A stretch of 63,930 nucleotides of DNA, counting the filler, from Reticulomyxa filosa (Eukaryota > Protista > Foraminifera), in the NCBI GenBank assembly GCA_000512085.1. It is 24 parts of 24 records of this genome, joined end to end, with 100 filler letters (N's around TTAATTAATTAA, not from the genome) between each part and the next. Parts side by side here need not be neighbours in the genome. Positions count along the whole stretch, not along the records: positions 60,192 to 63,930 come from ASPP01010610.1; 23 more parts are not named here. One strand, written 5' to 3'. The notes beneath the pieces were generated by a model, which saw only the letters and a list, made by a program, of their open reading frames with translations, ran no database searches and was not told where the DNA came from. Position 1 is the stretch's first letter, and the number at the start of each line of letters is the position of its first letter. Both the position numbers and the translations under genes were made by a program. Positions 61,477-63,930 of this stretch are shown here, one piece after another.

Positions 61477-63087
61477 GAACGTTAAATTACTGTTACCAAA
61501 AAACTAAGAACACTAAAAAAAAAGCTTTGGCTTGTAATCTCGCTTTACGCGTGTACACCAGCCCATCTTTATTGGAAATAAGTAATGTCAACAATCAAAA
61601 TATTTTAATGTTTTGATGCATTCTCGTTAAAAATATTGGCCTAATCGTTAAAAATTTGTTTAGAGTTATTTTTTCAAATCATTAGTAATTCTATGTTGTT
61701 CGGACTTTCAATTTTGTATTTGATTATAAGATAAAGTACTTTTTAAAACGTCCGACACAAAATGTACTAAAACGCTAACAATATTGGTATAGCTAAAAAA
61801 TACAGTAACAAAGTCTTGTAATAAAAAGTACAAGGTTAGCAAACAAAAGCCTAAGATACATTGACGAACAATTAGTTCCTAAAATTGAATAAGTTAAACT
61901 TATTAAGTCGATGTTGAGATAACACATATTTTCTGTACGTCGATAAATCATGTCAAAATTTGCATCAAATACAATCAATATGTTCAGTAATGTCTTCAAT
62001 GACGTACACTGTAACAAAATATGTTCGTATTGAAGTATAATATCATAAAATATACAAACCTTCAATGGCATGATGCATTGGTGAGTAAAAAGAATATTGC
62101 AAATTGTAAGATAAGTTGTTAAATAACACTTTACGAAACAGAAAAATTATTGAAAATAATTAATAATTTCGATGAAGCAATGAAATCGTGATCCAGTATA
62201 TGTTCAAATCGATCATGTACTTCAATAATTTGGATAATAAAACAATGCAATCACATTAAAGGTAAAACAAATGAAAACACTTTGAACAATCTATCAAAGC
62301 AACACCAAAAACATTTTTCCAATCATTGCATAACACAGACAAATTATTATTGAAATTAGCGGATACAGTACGAAATCATTCGATTACGATTATATACTTA
62401 TTCAGTGCTATTGTATATATATGCGACAAATATAGATCTGTAGAAATGAACTGAGACATAAAATGGTATTTTATAAAGATATTCAATTTTCTACATGAAT
62501 AATCTTTAATTACAAATCAAACAATTAACACGTACACAATACTAAAAAAAACAATTGAAAAAAATAAAAAATCAAGCCAAAAAACTTTTGTTTTACCATT
62601 GCAACATTTTTAACATCAAAATTTTTTTTGTCGTCATTTATTTTTCTTTTACTCTTTTAGCAATTTTATTTTTGACACATTTGTTCAACTAACTTTTTGT
62701 TTCTCGTTTCGGTTGCAAAATTTATTGTGGAATATTTTTAAAAATGCTTTAAAAAAATTAGTAAATTTCATTATACAATTACGCACAACTATCACCCTTT
62801 CCCAAATTTGCAAAAAACAATAAAAATTCAATTTTTTGAATCATTAGGAAAAATGGAATCAAAATCGAAATCATTCAAACTACGTAATTTAGAGTTATTT
62901 TAAAAAAGAAGATCCTTCATGGAGAAGATGGAAGGTGCCGTTTTAGGTGTCAAATTTTTTGGCACTCTATTGTATTTTGTTTAGCTTGTGTGGTGTCCCT
63001 TTTGTGGAGAGCTAAGCGTTCAACGAGAACGTCGACAATAAGTGAGTGCAAGTCATTTTTTGTTGGGCTAAATCATTCAGCAATAAA

Positions 63088-63743
63088 ATGATGGCCAGAA
63101 TAGTCCTCCAAGCAGTTTTCATTTTGGTGTTTGTAACAATTAGTTTGACAGGAACGTACATGTACTCCAGACAGCCATTTCATTTGGACGAAATAATTGG
63201 TCAAATTTTTCATTTGTAGCAAAAACTACAGAAATAATTGCAGCAAAAAATACAGAAATAATTGCAGTAAAAAATACAGAATTGTTTGCAGCAAAATTTG
63301 AAATATTACCAATTCACAAGTCGTTGGGATTTGGGAATCGCTTGTCCATGTACTGGTATGGCCGCTCCATTTTTTATTGGAATCAACAACACTTTGAGTT
63401 TTCTCCACGGTTATGGTCAAACTGGCAAGGGCCATACTTAAAGACATTTTTGCCTTATTTACCACGAAAAAAGGCGTACCAAATCGATGGGAATAGCACC
63501 AACATGAGTGGGCTATTCATTCAACTGTTGTTGTTTAAGCAGAAATTAAAGAATGTCGGAGTGGCTTTCAATTGGACTCGTCACATGAGATACCCACATG
63601 CCTTCTCTTATCTTTTTACTTTTTACAACCGGCACTTTCTCCCCATTTTACAAAAAGACACTAGTGAGGCCCTAGCTCATTATTTTCGTACTCAACCGAG
63701 TCCAAAAAACATTCCATTTTTTGAAAGAAAATTATCAAGGTGA
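63088..63743 (+). CDS. Type II membrane glycosyltransferase, fucosyltransferase-like (partial)
   Basis: N-terminal TM anchor (IVLQAVFILVFVTISL), a repeated stem, then GFGNRL (GxGN motif of GT11/GT23/GT37-type fucosyltransferases). Needs a 20-nt intron at 63200-63219 or one extra T to be in frame. Confidence 0.5.
63228..63296 (+). repeat. 24-bp tandem repeat, ~3 copies, encoding TEIIAAKN-like units
   Basis: ACAGAAATAATTGCAGCAAAAAAT / ACAGAAATAATTGCAGTAAAAAAT / ACAGAATTGTTTGCAGCAAAA. Confidence 0.85.
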
Positions 63744-63930
63744 TTTATTGTTTGTTCATTTATTTTTCCTTCTTGTTAATGATCCGCGTTGCTCTTGGCA
63801 AGTGTGCAATAAAATCATTTAACATTCTTGCAAAAAAAAAAAAAAAAAAAAAAATTATTTGTCCATGAACATAAAAAATTCCTTAAGAAAACACCTTTTG
63901 ATGTTGGTGGTCCATTTTTTTTTTTTTTTT

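Noticed and set aside
1-63930. tRNA/rRNA genes
   Set aside because: No cloverleaf with a T-loop GTTCRA in context, and no rRNA-like conserved segments seen by eye; tRNAscan-SE or Infernal would be decisive.

Overview
This window is not one locus. It is 24 short draft contigs joined by 23 identical artificial 100-bp spacers (N44-TTAATTAATTAA-N44), so gene adjacency across a spacer means nothing. About 22 contigs come from an AT-rich eukaryote with short GT-AG introns and poly-Asn/Thr microsatellites. Its Kelch, WD40 and CUE/PUB-type paralogue fragments and many pseudogenes resemble what I recall of the foraminifer Reticulomyxa filosa (inference, not checked). Recognisable eukaryotic genes: Tim17, DUF4396, COX6B-like, G-alpha, dual-specificity phosphatase, ATP sulfurylase, TIP30, cystathionine gamma-lyase, HMG-box protein, NZF-PUB-RasGEF protein, GlxK glycerate kinase, DUF6174, a G1-peptidase-like protein and a fucosyltransferase-like protein. 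Relics include V-ATPase B, DNA-PKcs, a RelA/SpoT-like NTase and a LINE reverse transcriptase. Two GC-richer contigs are bacterial (gpx-ldhA; L,D-transpeptidase/rlmD) and carry homopolymer-type indels. I found no operon-style new system, CRISPR array or RNA gene. Best leads: (i) a ~125-bp palindrome-tipped element upstream of two unrelated genes in the same relative orientation; (ii) an NZF+PUB+RasGEF-N architecture; (iii) bacterial-type genes with spliceosomal introns; (iv) an apparently mitochondrion-targeted ATP sulfurylase; (v) a 9-kb contig of intron-retaining gene fragments, including an internally deleted DNA-PKcs and a RelA/SpoT-like domain. All family assignments are from recalled motifs; no database search was run.
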